DNA from: Rhodobacterales bacterium
GTDB lineage: Bacteria > Pseudomonadota > Alphaproteobacteria > Rhodobacterales > Rhodobacteraceae
NCBI GenBank assembly: GCA_038251315.1
Contig: JBBSBK010000003.1
Location: 5,324-69,323 of the forward strand
Direction: 5' to 3'
Length of the DNA stretch: 64,000 nt
In this document: piece after piece, positions 31,309 through 42,487 of the stretch
Numbering within the stretch: the first letter of the stretch is position 1
Layout of the letters: every line of letters begins with the position of its first letter
Program-made: the position numbers and the translations under genes
Notes under the pieces: model-generated
Database searches by the model: none
What the model saw: only the letters and a program-made list of their open reading frames with translations
What the model was told of the DNA's origin: nothing

Positions 31309-32859
31309 ATGATGAACGATGAATCAGGTGCAGGGCGGCGGGCCCGTGGTGGCGGTGGTGCTGCGCGGCGGGCCGAGCGCACGGCAGTCAGCGTCGAAAC
31401 CGCGAAATACATCGAGCGCAACATCCCCGATTACGAAGTCCTGACCGAAGAGGCCTTGCAGATCATCGAGCGGAATGCCGAAACCGTTCTGGCCGAAATT
31501 GGCGTCAATTTCGTCGAGAACCCCGCCGCCCTTGAACGCTGGCGCGCTGCCGGGGCCAGTATCGACGGCGAACGTGTGCGCATCCCGCGTGGCCTTGCAC
31601 GCGAATTGTGCAAAACCGCCCCGGCGCAATTCACTCAACACGCCCGCAACCCGGAACGCTCCGTCGTGATCGGCGGACGTACCATGGTGCTGGCCCCGGT
31701 CTATGGCCCTCCCTTTGTGCGCACCGCCGAGGGTGGCCGCCGTTACGCCACGATCGACGATTTCCAGAAGTTCGTGAAACTGGGCTACATGTCGAAATGG
31801 CTGCACCATTCAGGCGGCACCGTCTGCGAACCGACCGACGTACCGGTGAACAAACGACATCTGGACATGTTGCTGGCGCATATGGTGCTGTCCGACAAGC
31901 CGTTCATGGGGTCGGTAACAGAACCCAGCCGGGCGCAGGATTCAGTCGACATGTGCAAGATCCTTTTTGGCGAGGATTTCGTGCGCGACAACACGGTGAT
32001 GACCAGCCTTATCAACATCAACTCGCCGCTGACCTTCGATGGCATCATGATGGGCGCGCTCGAGATTTACGCCGCCAACAATCAGGCAGTCATCGTCAGC
32101 CCCTTCATCGTCGGCGGCGCGATGGCCCCGGTCTCGGTCGCCGGGACTCTGGCCCAGGTGCTGGCCGAAGTGCTGGCAGGCGTCGCCTATACGCAGCTTG
32201 TCCGCAAGGGTGCGCCGGTGATCGCCGGGGCCTTCGTCACCTCGATCGACATGAATTCCGGCGCTCCAACCTTTGGGACACCGGAAGCGGCGCATATCAC
32301 CTATGGCGTCGGGCAGCTCGTCCGGCGGCTCGGGCTGCCTTATCGCAGCGCCGGATCGTTCTGCGGCAGCAAACTTCCCGACGCGCAGGCGGCCTTTGAA
32401 ACCGCCAATTCGCTGAACCTCGGCCTGCTGTCCGGGGTCAACTTCATGCTGCATTCCTGTGGCTGGCTGGAAGGGGGGCTGGTGTCGTCGTTCGAGAAAT
32501 TCGTGATGGACGCCGACCACCTGGGCACCCTTCACCATTTCGCCCGCGGTGTCGACATGTCCGAAGACGCGCAGGCGATGGGCGCGATTGAAGAGGTCGG
32601 TCCCGGCGGCCACTACCTTGGCTGCGCCCATACCCAGGCGAACTTCAAAACGGCCTTCTGGCGGTCGGACCTGTTCGACTACAAGCCCTTCGAGACATGG
32701 GACGAAGAAGGTGCCCGGGATACCCAGGCACTGGCATCGGTGCGGGTGAAAAAGCTGCTGGATACCTATCAGCAACCCCCCCTCGATCCCGAGATCGAGG
32801 CGCGGCTTCGCGCCTACGTGGCAGACAAAAAGGCATCCGTCCCCGACGCATTCATGTAA
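31309..32859 (+). CDS. trimethylamine methyltransferase (MttB) superfamily protein, non-pyrrolysine type
   Basis: 516 aa uninterrupted ORF. It has an Arg-rich N-terminus and an MttB-like TIM-barrel sequence (from memory of Roseobacter MttB paralogs). Confidence 0.85.
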   Translation: MMNDESGAGRRARGGGGAARRAERTAVSVETAKYIERNIPDYEVLTEEALQIIERNAETVLAEIGVNFVENPAALERWRAAGASIDGERVRIPRGLARELCKTAPAQFTQHARNPERSVVIGGRTMVLAPVYGPPFVRTAEGGRRYATIDDFQKFVKLGYMSKWLHHSGGTVCEPTDVPVNKRHLDMLLAHMVLSDKPFMGSVTEPSRAQDSVDMCKILFGEDFVRDNTVMTSLININSPLTFDGIMMGALEIYAANNQAVIVSPFIVGGAMAPVSVAGTLAQVLAEVLAGVAYTQLVRKGAPVIAGAFVTSIDMNSGAPTFGTPEAAHITYGVGQLVRRLGLPYRSAGSFCGSKLPDAQAAFETANSLNLGLLSGVNFMLHSCGWLEGGLVSSFEKFVMDADHLGTLHHFARGVDMSEDAQAMGAIEEVGPGGHYLGCAHTQANFKTAFWRSDLFDYKPFETWDEEGARDTQALASVRVKKLLDTYQQPPLDPEIEARLRAYVADKKASVPDAFM

Positions 32860-33157
32860 TATTCCCAGCAGGACGGGTCGCGGCACGCAACAGCCGCGCC
32901 TCGCCCATCAGGGCGATCAGAACTTCGATATGCTGGGCGACGGCGTATTCTGCGCGGTTGGCAGTGCGGGCGGCATTCAGATCGCTTTCGATGTCGAGCA
33001 GTTGCAGAATCGCCTCACCCGTGCGGGGCAGATGCACGGTCTTCAATATTCGGCCAAGATGCTGCGCGCGGCTGTAGTCGTCGATCCCGAAACGGGCGGT
33101 GCGCACCAGCAGGCTGGGTCGGTTCAGTGCGGATATAAGGCTGAGCAGATCAAGCAT
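32852..33157 (-). CDS. DUF6477-like small protein (Rcc01866-like, GTA-associated)
   Basis: 101 aa from the ATG at 33157 (GGGGAA RBS). MLDLLSLISALNRPSLLVRTARFG.. resembles my memory of DUF6477 proteins. Divergent from the GafA-like gene. Confidence 0.6.
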   Translation of the reverse strand: MLDLLSLISALNRPSLLVRTARFGIDDYSRAQHLGRILKTVHLPRTGEAILQLLDIESDLNAARTANRAEYAVAQHIEVLIALMGEARLLRAATRPAGNIT

Positions 33158-33401
33158 TTCATGTGTTCCCCGGTCGTTGGCCAATAATGGGCCTGCCGAC
33201 CGTTGCACAACCTGAACGTGTGTTGCGTCCCTTGACCTAGTCCCGAACGCAGCCTTACCCAAATTTACGTTTTTGGAAACAATGATGGGTTTCGCAAGGC
33301 ACTTTAACACTTGCGTAACCAATACAACTTTAGGTTGCGTTTACCATATCTATCCACATGCAGTGAATTCGTCTGTGGATAACCTTCGGGGGAAGGATAC
33401 G

Positions 33402-34517
33402 ATGGCGATGAAAGACCGGCACGCACTTTTGGTGCGCCTGCCCGCATGGGTGCCTGATGCGGCTCGCAATTACCTCGTCCATACGGAGGCCGGGTTGTCG
33501 ATCCGTGCCGTCGCGCGGGCCAATAACTGCCATGCGTCGACGATCATGCGGCAGGTGCGGCGTTACGAAAACCGGCGCGACGACCCGCTGATCGACGACG
33601 GGTTGCGCAACCTGTCGCAGCACGTGCCCAAAGCCGCGCCGCACGTCGATGGCACCGTCATCGACATTTGTCAGATGCCTCCGACGGAAGGTGATAGCCC
33701 TTCAGAAGCGCGGATCGCACGTGATGCGGTGCGCATCCTGCGGCGGTTGTGCGAAACTGGCGCGGTTCTGGCGGTTGGGCGTGAGATGGACGTGGCGGTG
33801 GTTGTGCGTGACGCCGCCGACGGCACGACGACGCGTACAGCGGTGATCGGGCGCGACATGGCGCAGATCATGGCATTGCGCGACTGGATTGCCTGCGCCA
33901 CCCCGTCGGCCCGGGTTGCCCGCTATCACATTACCAGCTCCGGGCGATCAGAACTCAAGCTGATGATGGCCGCCGCAGAAAACCGTGCGCAGGGTTTCGC
34001 CGAGGCGCAAGCCGACTTTGGAGAACAGCATCGCGATTGGGGCGGCCGCGAAATCGATGAGGATGGCGAAACGCGCAGCCTGCGCACCAACCTCGCCGAA
34101 AGCCCGCTGACCGGACTGGCGCGGCGGCGCGACCGGGATGGAGAATTCTTTCTGTCGCGCGATCTGGTCGCGGCGGGCGAACGCCTGCGCGAGGATTTCG
34201 AACTGGCCCAGATGGCACCGCAGGTGACGCAGAACTGGGACAGGTTTCTGACCGGCCCCGGAACCCGCACCACCGGGCAGCTTGGCGGTGGTGCGACGGC
34301 GGCGAAAGATCGCGTCGCGGCGGCACTGTCTGACCTTGGCCCCGGTCTGGGCGATGTGGTTTTGCGCTGCTGCTGTTATCTGGAGGGACTCGAACAGGCG
34401 GAAAAGCGGATGGGGTGGGCTGCGCGGTCAGGCAAGATAGTGCTGCGCATCGCGCTGCAACGGCTCAAACGGCACTATGCCGAAGCGCACGGGCAGTTCG
34501 CGCCGATGATCGGCTGA
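33402..34517 (+). CDS. gafA: GafA-like transcriptional activator (HTH plus DUF6456 C-terminal domain)
   Basis: RLPAWVPDAARNYLVHTEAGLSIRAVARANNCHASTIMRQVRRYE (HTH) and the C-terminal CCCYLEGLEQAEKRMGWAARSGKIVLRIALQRL match my memory of GafA/GafYZ homologs. GGGGGAAGGA RBS lies before the ATG at 33402. Confidence 0.65.
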   Translation: MAMKDRHALLVRLPAWVPDAARNYLVHTEAGLSIRAVARANNCHASTIMRQVRRYENRRDDPLIDDGLRNLSQHVPKAAPHVDGTVIDICQMPPTEGDSPSEARIARDAVRILRRLCETGAVLAVGREMDVAVVVRDAADGTTTRTAVIGRDMAQIMALRDWIACATPSARVARYHITSSGRSELKLMMAAAENRAQGFAEAQADFGEQHRDWGGREIDEDGETRSLRTNLAESPLTGLARRRDRDGEFFLSRDLVAAGERLREDFELAQMAPQVTQNWDRFLTGPGTRTTGQLGGGATAAKDRVAAALSDLGPGLGDVVLRCCCYLEGLEQAEKRMGWAARSGKIVLRIALQRLKRHYAEAHGQFAPMIG

Positions 34518-34520
34518 TGG

Positions 34521-34544
34521 GGGGCGCCCTGTCACGGGCGCCCC
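34521..34544. terminator. GC-rich hairpin between convergent gafA-like gene and katG
   Basis: Perfect 9-bp stem GGGGCGCCC-TGTCAC-GGGCGCCCC. There is no clear T tract. Confidence 0.45.
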
Positions 34545-34550
34545 GTCAAT

Positions 34551-36851
<2,301 letters not shown>

Positions 36852-36948
36852 TCACAACCGCATGACGGCCATGCGGCGCGGGTCTCTTTGCAGAGGCGGG
36901 CGCGATGCTGTAGTTAGGCCTTCAAGACGGCATCAGGAAACCAACACC

Positions 36949-37902
36949 ATGCGCGATCTCAAAATTCCCGCCCAGCGGCATCCTGAAAAGGCGCGTCGTC
37001 CCGACAATGCCCAACCCAAGAAACCTGACTGGATCAGGGTACGCGCACCGGGCGGGGAGGGGTATGCTAAAACCGCCCGGATCATGCGCGAACATAAACT
37101 GACGACGGTATGCGAAGAGGCCGGTTGCCCAAACGTCGGCGAATGCTGGTCGCAAGGCCATGCGACGATGATGATCATGGGCGAGGTCTGCACCCGCGCC
37201 TGCACTTTTTGCAACATCGCCACCGGCAAACCACCCGAGGCGCTGGACGTGTTTGAACCGGGCCGCGTCGCCGATGCGGTGAAAAAGCTCGGGCTGAACC
37301 ATGTCGTCATCACATCCGTCGACCGCGACGATGTCGATGATGGCGGGGCCGAACATTTTGCCCAGACCGTCCGCGCGATCCGCAAACAGGCTCCCGGCAC
37401 CACGATCGAGATTTTGACACCGGACTTTATCCGCTGCAATCCATCGGTGCTAGAGGTCGTCGTTGCGGCCCGCCCCGACGTGTTCAACCACAACCTTGAA
37501 ACCGTTCCGGGGCTTTACCCCGAGGTCCGCCCCGGTGCCCGCTATTTCCATTCGTTGCGTCTGCTTCAGCGGGTCAAGGAACTCGACCCGACCATGTTCA
37601 CCAAATCGGGCATCATGGTCGGTTTGGGCGAGAACAAACAGGCCGTGGTCCAGGTCATGGAAGACATGCGCGCCGCCGACATCGACTTTCTGACCATCGG
37701 CCAGTATCTGCAACCGACGCCGAAACATCACCGCGTCGACCGCTTCGTTACCCCTGACGAATTCAAGACCTACGAACAGACCGCCTACAACAAGGGGTTC
37801 CTGATGGTGTCGGCGACCCCGCTGACCCGGTCATCCTATCACGCGGGCGACGATTTTGCCCGACTGCGGTCGGCACGTCTGGCGAAACTGGGGCGCGGAT
37901 AG
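36949..37902 (+). CDS. lipA: lipoyl synthase
   Basis: [13 protein letters not shown] and [10 protein letters not shown] cysteine motifs. The ATG at 36949 was chosen over the longer track ORF. Confidence 0.97.
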   Translation: MRDLKIPAQRHPEKARRPDNAQPKKPDWIRVRAPGGEGYAKTARIMREHKLTTVCEEAGCPNVGECWSQGHATMMIMGEVCTRACTFCNIATGKPPEALDVFEPGRVADAVKKLGLNHVVITSVDRDDVDDGGAEHFAQTVRAIRKQAPGTTIEILTPDFIRCNPSVLEVVVAARPDVFNHNLETVPGLYPEVRPGARYFHSLRLLQRVKELDPTMFTKSGIMVGLGENKQAVVQVMEDMRAADIDFLTIGQYLQPTPKHHRVDRFVTPDEFKTYEQTAYNKGFLMVSATPLTRSSYHAGDDFARLRSARLAKLGRG

Positions 37903-38181
37903 GGGCCTTTTGTCAGCTTCGATCAGGCTCAGAAATCTGGTGGCCGAGACGTAAAGGAACGGCTCTGCGTCGATCACATTGTAGGTCAGCGGCAGATCGG
38001 TCAGCGTGGCTTTTGCTCCACCATGACCCCAGCTCCCCTCGATTCGGCGCACGTCCTCATCGACGCGCCATTGCACCGTATCGGTATCGGCCAGGACCAT
38101 TGGGGGATAAAGGGTCCAACTGCGGTCATCCAAAGGCGCCGTGACTTTGGCAAAATCGGCCACCGGCAAGGGACGACGCAT
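37831..38181 (-). CDS. hypothetical protein (uncertain)
   Basis: 116-aa ORF with a plausible globular composition and moderately high GC3, but a weak RBS. Its last 24 codons overlap the 3' end of lipA. Confidence 0.35.
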   Translation of the reverse strand: MRRPLPVADFAKVTAPLDDRSWTLYPPMVLADTDTVQWRVDEDVRRIEGSWGHGGAKATLTDLPLTYNVIDAEPFLYVSATRFLSLIEADKRPLSAPQFRQTCRPQSGKIVARVIG

Positions 38182-38261
38182 AGGCGTCCGTCGCCGATAT
38201 GCGTGGCAACTCCTGCGCCATTGCCGCGACGGGTATCATAAACAGCGCGGCGAGGACCGAC

Positions 38262-39149
38262 CTATTCAATTGCAGGCACCACCTTGAGGTATGCCGCAAT
38301 CGCCGCGCGATCTTCCTGTGCCAGTTGGCTCGTGTTCATCACGACATCGGCCATGTCCCCCCCGGCGGTGTCGAATTCAGGGGTGAACCCGCTGTTCAGA
38401 TACTCCGCAATTTCGCCCTCGCTCCACGTCAGTTTGCCCGGCGTGATGTTTGGAATTCGCCCCTTGCCTGACGGATTTGGCGCACCCGACAGCCATCCAT
38501 CGCGCATTAGCCCGCCGATCGCGTTGCGCGGGGTGTGACATTCGCCGCAGTGGCCCAACGCCTCGACCAGATAGCGCCCACGCGTCTGTTCGGCGGTGAG
38601 ACCGCCGGTCACGACCCAATCGGGCGACATGAAAAACAACTTCCAACCGCCTATGGCAGAACGAATATTGAATGGAAAGCCGATGTCATGCGGCTGGTTC
38701 GGGGTCGGGTCAGCGGGCAAGGTGCGCAGGTAGGCGATCAGGTCTGCGATGTCCTGTGTCGTTGCGCTTTGGTAAGCCACATAAGGGAACGCAGGATACA
38801 GATGCTCCCCCTCCGCTCCGACGCCGCGCGTTACCGCACTGGCAATCTGCACATCGCTCCAGTCGCCTATACCGTGATCGGGGTCGGGCGAAATGTTGGG
38901 CGCGACAAAGGTGCCAAAGGCGCTCGCGAGACGCCGGCCACCTGACAGGAGCGGGCTGTCGGTGGCGGCGCTGTCAGGCGCGGTGTGGCATGACGCGCAA
39001 CCCGCTGCAGCGAAAACCAGTCGGCCCGCGTCGGGATCGCCCGTCACTCCGGCCAAGGCCGTGTCAGGCAAGGCGCGCGGGCGGGTAAGCCACAGCCCCG
39101 CTACCAGACCGATGACGACCAGAAAAACCAGCCAGCGCAGTAACCGCAT
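38262..39149 (-). CDS. membrane-anchored diheme c-type cytochrome
   Basis: Two CxxCH motifs (CASCH, CGECH) and an N-terminal TM helix MRLLRWLVFLVVIGLVAGLWL. The ATG at 39149 overlaps the cycP TGA (TGATG). Confidence 0.85.
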   Translation of the reverse strand: MRLLRWLVFLVVIGLVAGLWLTRPRALPDTALAGVTGDPDAGRLVFAAAGCASCHTAPDSAATDSPLLSGGRRLASAFGTFVAPNISPDPDHGIGDWSDVQIASAVTRGVGAEGEHLYPAFPYVAYQSATTQDIADLIAYLRTLPADPTPNQPHDIGFPFNIRSAIGGWKLFFMSPDWVVTGGLTAEQTRGRYLVEALGHCGECHTPRNAIGGLMRDGWLSGAPNPSGKGRIPNITPGKLTWSEGEIAEYLNSGFTPEFDTAGGDMADVVMNTSQLAQEDRAAIAAYLKVVPAIE

Positions 39150-39625
39150 CAGTCGGGCTGGCGGAACGTCCGGTGACAATCACCACAGGCTCCGCCGACC
39201 GGGCCAAAGGCAGCCTTGAGACTATCAAGATCGGTGCCCGCGACGGCGGCAAGCGCGGTCGTGGCGGTCGACAGCGCGGACGCCTTTTCTGTGATCGCCG
39301 GATAGGTTTCCCAGACTGCGGGCAGGGCGTGGGTGCCTTCGACGCTGGCCGAATCCGACCCTGCGGGCCAGTAGCCGTTCTGGCTGAGGGCGGCGAGCGC
39401 GGCCAGATTGTTGGCGGCAGCAGTTGCGGCTTCGGCGTCGTAGGGGGCCTTGTCTTGCGCCATCGCACCGAGGACACCGATGTTGAAGGCATAAAGGTCC
39501 ATATGCGACTGGCGCGCCTTGATCGCCCCGGCGATCGCAGGGTCGATGTGGCTTTCGGCAAAGACTGTACTAGCCAACAGGGTCAGAACGGCTCCGGTCG
39601 CAGCGATTTTGGCAAGATACTTCAT
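39149..39625 (-). CDS. cycP: cytochrome c' (class II cytochrome c)
   Basis: Signal peptide MKYLAKIAATGAVLTLLASTVFA, a four-helix-bundle-like sequence, and a single C-terminal heme motif CGDCH. GGAGAAC RBS. Confidence 0.85.
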   Translation of the reverse strand: MKYLAKIAATGAVLTLLASTVFAESHIDPAIAGAIKARQSHMDLYAFNIGVLGAMAQDKAPYDAEAATAAANNLAALAALSQNGYWPAGSDSASVEGTHALPAVWETYPAITEKASALSTATTALAAVAGTDLDSLKAAFGPVGGACGDCHRTFRQPD

Positions 39626-39713
39626 GAAGTTCTCCGTTGGACGAGTCACAGGACGTGGTCAAAGACTACCCGGTGCGGTCTGCAAAGCTAGCCGCTAATT
39701 GCGCAGCCTCGGT

Positions 39714-39727
39714 TTGCGAAAACGCAC
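39714..39727. promoter_or_regulatory. NnrR/FNR(Crp)-family box candidate upstream of cycP
   Basis: TTGCG-AAAA-CGCAC matches TTGCG-N4-CGCAA at 9 of 10 positions. It is centred about 95 nt upstream of the cycP ATG. Confidence 0.35.
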
Positions 39728-39735
39728 AGATGGCA

Positions 39736-39921
39736 TTAGCGAGCGATATGCGGCCGACCTGCCGGTTCAAGGGTCATCCAGTCGGGCCAGCCGACAAAGC
39801 GTTCGATGCCGGCAATGGCCAGCAACAGGACGATCACACCAATGACCAGTTTGACCTTCCACAGCGGTGGCGGATGCTGGGCCAGCCGTTTGGCCCGCAA
39901 CAGCATGCGGAATTCGTTCAT
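39736..39921 (-). CDS. small single-pass membrane protein, unknown function
   Basis: 61 aa from an internal ATG. A basic N-terminus is followed by one hydrophobic helix (VKLVIGVIVLLLAIAGI). The rest of the 105-aa track ORF looks non-coding. Confidence 0.4.
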   Translation of the reverse strand: MNEFRMLLRAKRLAQHPPPLWKVKLVIGVIVLLLAIAGIERFVGWPDWMTLEPAGRPHIAR

Positions 39922-40115
39922 CGGGCGGCCCGGATCGGAAGGCTGCGCGGCGGAAACGCCGACGTGGCGAGGCCGCATGGACAAGGTCGTTGATGTCGGT
40001 TTGATTGCCTGTACATGGCGACCCGTTGCTCTCTGTCCGATTGCTGGTGTCAATAGCCTAAGCCCGTCACGTCGTCGCCGGGAGGGGGAGGGTCGAACAT
40101 TCCGGCTACTGTGGT

Positions 40116-40658
40116 CTATTCGTCGGTAAAGCGAACTTTGCCGATGTAAGGCAGGTTACGATTGCGCTGCCCATAGTCGATCCCGTAGCCGACGACAAAT
40201 TCATCGGGAATCTCGAACCCCGTCCAGGTCGCCCGAAAATCGACCTCGCGCCGGGCCGGTTTGTCGAGCAGGGCGATGGTGCGCAGCCGCGCCGGATGCC
40301 GGGTTTCCAAAAAGTCGGTGACATGCGCAAGGGTGTGGCCGGTGTCGACGATATCCTCGACCACCAGCACGTCGCGCCCTTCGATCTGGCCGCGCAGGTC
40401 TTTGAGGATACGCACCTCGCGGCTGCTTTGCATCCCGTCGCCGTAACTCGACGCCTCAAGGAAATCGACCTCGACCGGCAGGTCAAGTTCGCGCACCAGA
40501 TCGGCGATGAATACGAACGATCCGCGCAACAGGCCGACGACCACCAGTTTGTTGGTGCCCGCAAAGGCCTTTTCGATTTCGCCGGCCAGCGCCTCGATCC
40601 GGGCGGCGATGGCCTTGGCGCTGATCATTTCGTCGATGACGTAGGGGGGGTGCGACAC
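40116..40658 (-). CDS. hpt: hypoxanthine phosphoribosyltransferase
   Basis: [17 protein letters not shown]-binding motif. A GTG start at 40658 (AGGAAAA RBS) gives a typical 180-aa Hpt. Confidence 0.92.
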   Translation of the reverse strand: MSHPPYVIDEMISAKAIAARIEALAGEIEKAFAGTNKLVVVGLLRGSFVFIADLVRELDLPVEVDFLEASSYGDGMQSSREVRILKDLRGQIEGRDVLVVEDIVDTGHTLAHVTDFLETRHPARLRTIALLDKPARREVDFRATWTGFEIPDEFVVGYGIDYGQRNRNLPYIGKVRFTDE

Positions 40659-40742
40659 GCAGTTTTCCTGACCCTCTTTGGGTTGATTTCCGCGCGCCAG
40701 TCTATGACATGGGGGCCGAATGTCACCTGCGAAAGCACGCCG

Positions 40743-41195
40743 ATGCCGCGCCATGCCGAGACCCGAACGCTGCCCTACACGGCCGATCAGATGTATGCAC
40801 TGGTCGCCGATGTGCCACGCTATCCTGAATTCCTGCCATGGATGGCGGCGGCGCGCGTCAGGTCAGTCAGCGACGAGGGCGATCATCAGGTGATGCTGGC
40901 CGACCTCGTCATCAGCTTCAAGGTCTTCCGCGAAAGTTTTGGCAGCAGAGTGACGCTCTGGCCCGGCAAGCTGCAGATCGACACCGAATACATCGACGGG
41001 CCGTTCAAGTATCTGAACAGCACCTGGTCATTCGCCGAGGCCGACAAGGGCTGCACGGTGGCCTTTTCCGTCGATTTCGAATTCCGCAACCGGTTGCTGC
41101 AAGGTGTTGCCGGCCTGTTCTTCAACGAAGCGATGAGCCGGGTCGTGCGGGCCTTTGAGGCCCGTGCGGCGGGCCTCTACGGCCCCGGCGCATGA
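40743..41195 (+). CDS. SRPBCC/START-fold protein, RatA/Coq10-like
   Basis: 150 aa; [25 protein letters not shown] is typical of RatA/Coq10 family proteins. Confidence 0.85.
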   Translation: MPRHAETRTLPYTADQMYALVADVPRYPEFLPWMAAARVRSVSDEGDHQVMLADLVISFKVFRESFGSRVTLWPGKLQIDTEYIDGPFKYLNSTWSFAEADKGCTVAFSVDFEFRNRLLQGVAGLFFNEAMSRVVRAFEARAAGLYGPGA

Positions 41196-42487
41196 ACATC
41201 GAAGACCGCCTTGTCGCCTTTGCCCGCGCACCCATCACGGCACCTGAAGCGCTGGAAATGGCGCGGCTGTCGGTGTTCGATTGGGCCACTTGCGGGTTGG
41301 CAGGGCTTGACGAACCGGTGGCGCGCATCGTGCGGGCCGCGGCGCAGTCCGACGCCGGTGCACCACTGGCGACGCTGATCGGCAGTGGCCGGGTGCCGAC
41401 GCGGGCGGCGGCGCTGGTCAACGGGACGATCAGCCACGCGCTCGACTACGACGATACCCATTTTGGCCATATCGGGCATCCCTCGGTGGCCGTGGTTCCG
41501 GCGGCGTTGGCGCTAGCGGAAACCACCGGGGCGCCAATGGAAGATTTCATTGCGGCGGTTCTGATCGGGGCCGAGGCGTCGATCCGGGTCGGCCTTTGGC
41601 TGGGCCGGGCGCATTATCAGGCGGGGTTTCATCAGACAGCGACCGCCGGGGCGATCGGCGCCACCGTTGCCACCTGTCGTCTGGCGGGGGCCGATGACCG
41701 CCAGTGCATGCATGCCATCGGCCTTGCTGCGACCCGCGCCGCCGGGCTGAAATCGCAATTCGGGACGATGGGCAAACCTTACAATGCCGGTTTGGCTGCT
41801 GAAACCGGGGTAGTGGCGGCGACACTTGCGCTGGCTGGCATGACCTCGACGCCGCTGGGCCTGTCCGGTCCGCAGGGCCTCGGGCCGACGCATCACGGGG
41901 TGGCGGACATGGCGGCGCTCGATGGGCTGGGCGATGAGTGGTCGTTTTTAGGTATCAGCCACAAGTTCCACGCCTGTTGCCATGGTCTGCACGCGATGCT
42001 CGGCGCGGTTCAGGGATTGGCGGCCGACCCTGCTCAGGTCGTAGCAGTGATCGTCCGGACGCATCCGCGCTGGTTGAGCGTCTGCAACATCGCTGCGCCG
42101 CGCACTGGGCTTGAGGCGAAATTCAGTTACCGGTTGACCTGCGCCATGGCGCTGGCGGGGGTGGATACCGGTGCGACAGCGACTTTCAGCGAGGCGATGG
42201 CCTGCCGCGCCGACCTCGCAGCACTGCGCGATCTGGTCAGCGTCGTGGCCGACAACGGGTTAACCGAGATGCAGGCAGCGGTGCAGGTGACGTTGCGCGG
42301 CGGCGCGGTGTTGACCGCGACGCATGATCTTGCAGTCTCCCTGCCGTACGAACTGCGCAGCGAAAGGCTGCGGGCCAAAACCACGGCTCTGCTGGGAGCG
42401 GCGCGGGCCGATGATCTGTGGGCGGCAACCAAGGCGGACACGCTGTCGCCATTTGTCGCGCTATTGGGCGCGGATCGCGGTGAGTAA
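41192..42487 (+). CDS. MmgE/PrpD family protein
   Basis: 431 aa; SHALDYDDTH and a GFHQTATAGA-type motif typical of the PrpD superfamily. ATGA overlap with the upstream gene. Confidence 0.85.
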   Translation: MNIEDRLVAFARAPITAPEALEMARLSVFDWATCGLAGLDEPVARIVRAAAQSDAGAPLATLIGSGRVPTRAAALVNGTISHALDYDDTHFGHIGHPSVAVVPAALALAETTGAPMEDFIAAVLIGAEASIRVGLWLGRAHYQAGFHQTATAGAIGATVATCRLAGADDRQCMHAIGLAATRAAGLKSQFGTMGKPYNAGLAAETGVVAATLALAGMTSTPLGLSGPQGLGPTHHGVADMAALDGLGDEWSFLGISHKFHACCHGLHAMLGAVQGLAADPAQVVAVIVRTHPRWLSVCNIAAPRTGLEAKFSYRLTCAMALAGVDTGATATFSEAMACRADLAALRDLVSVVADNGLTEMQAAVQVTLRGGAVLTATHDLAVSLPYELRSERLRAKTTALLGAARADDLWAATKADTLSPFVALLGADRGE

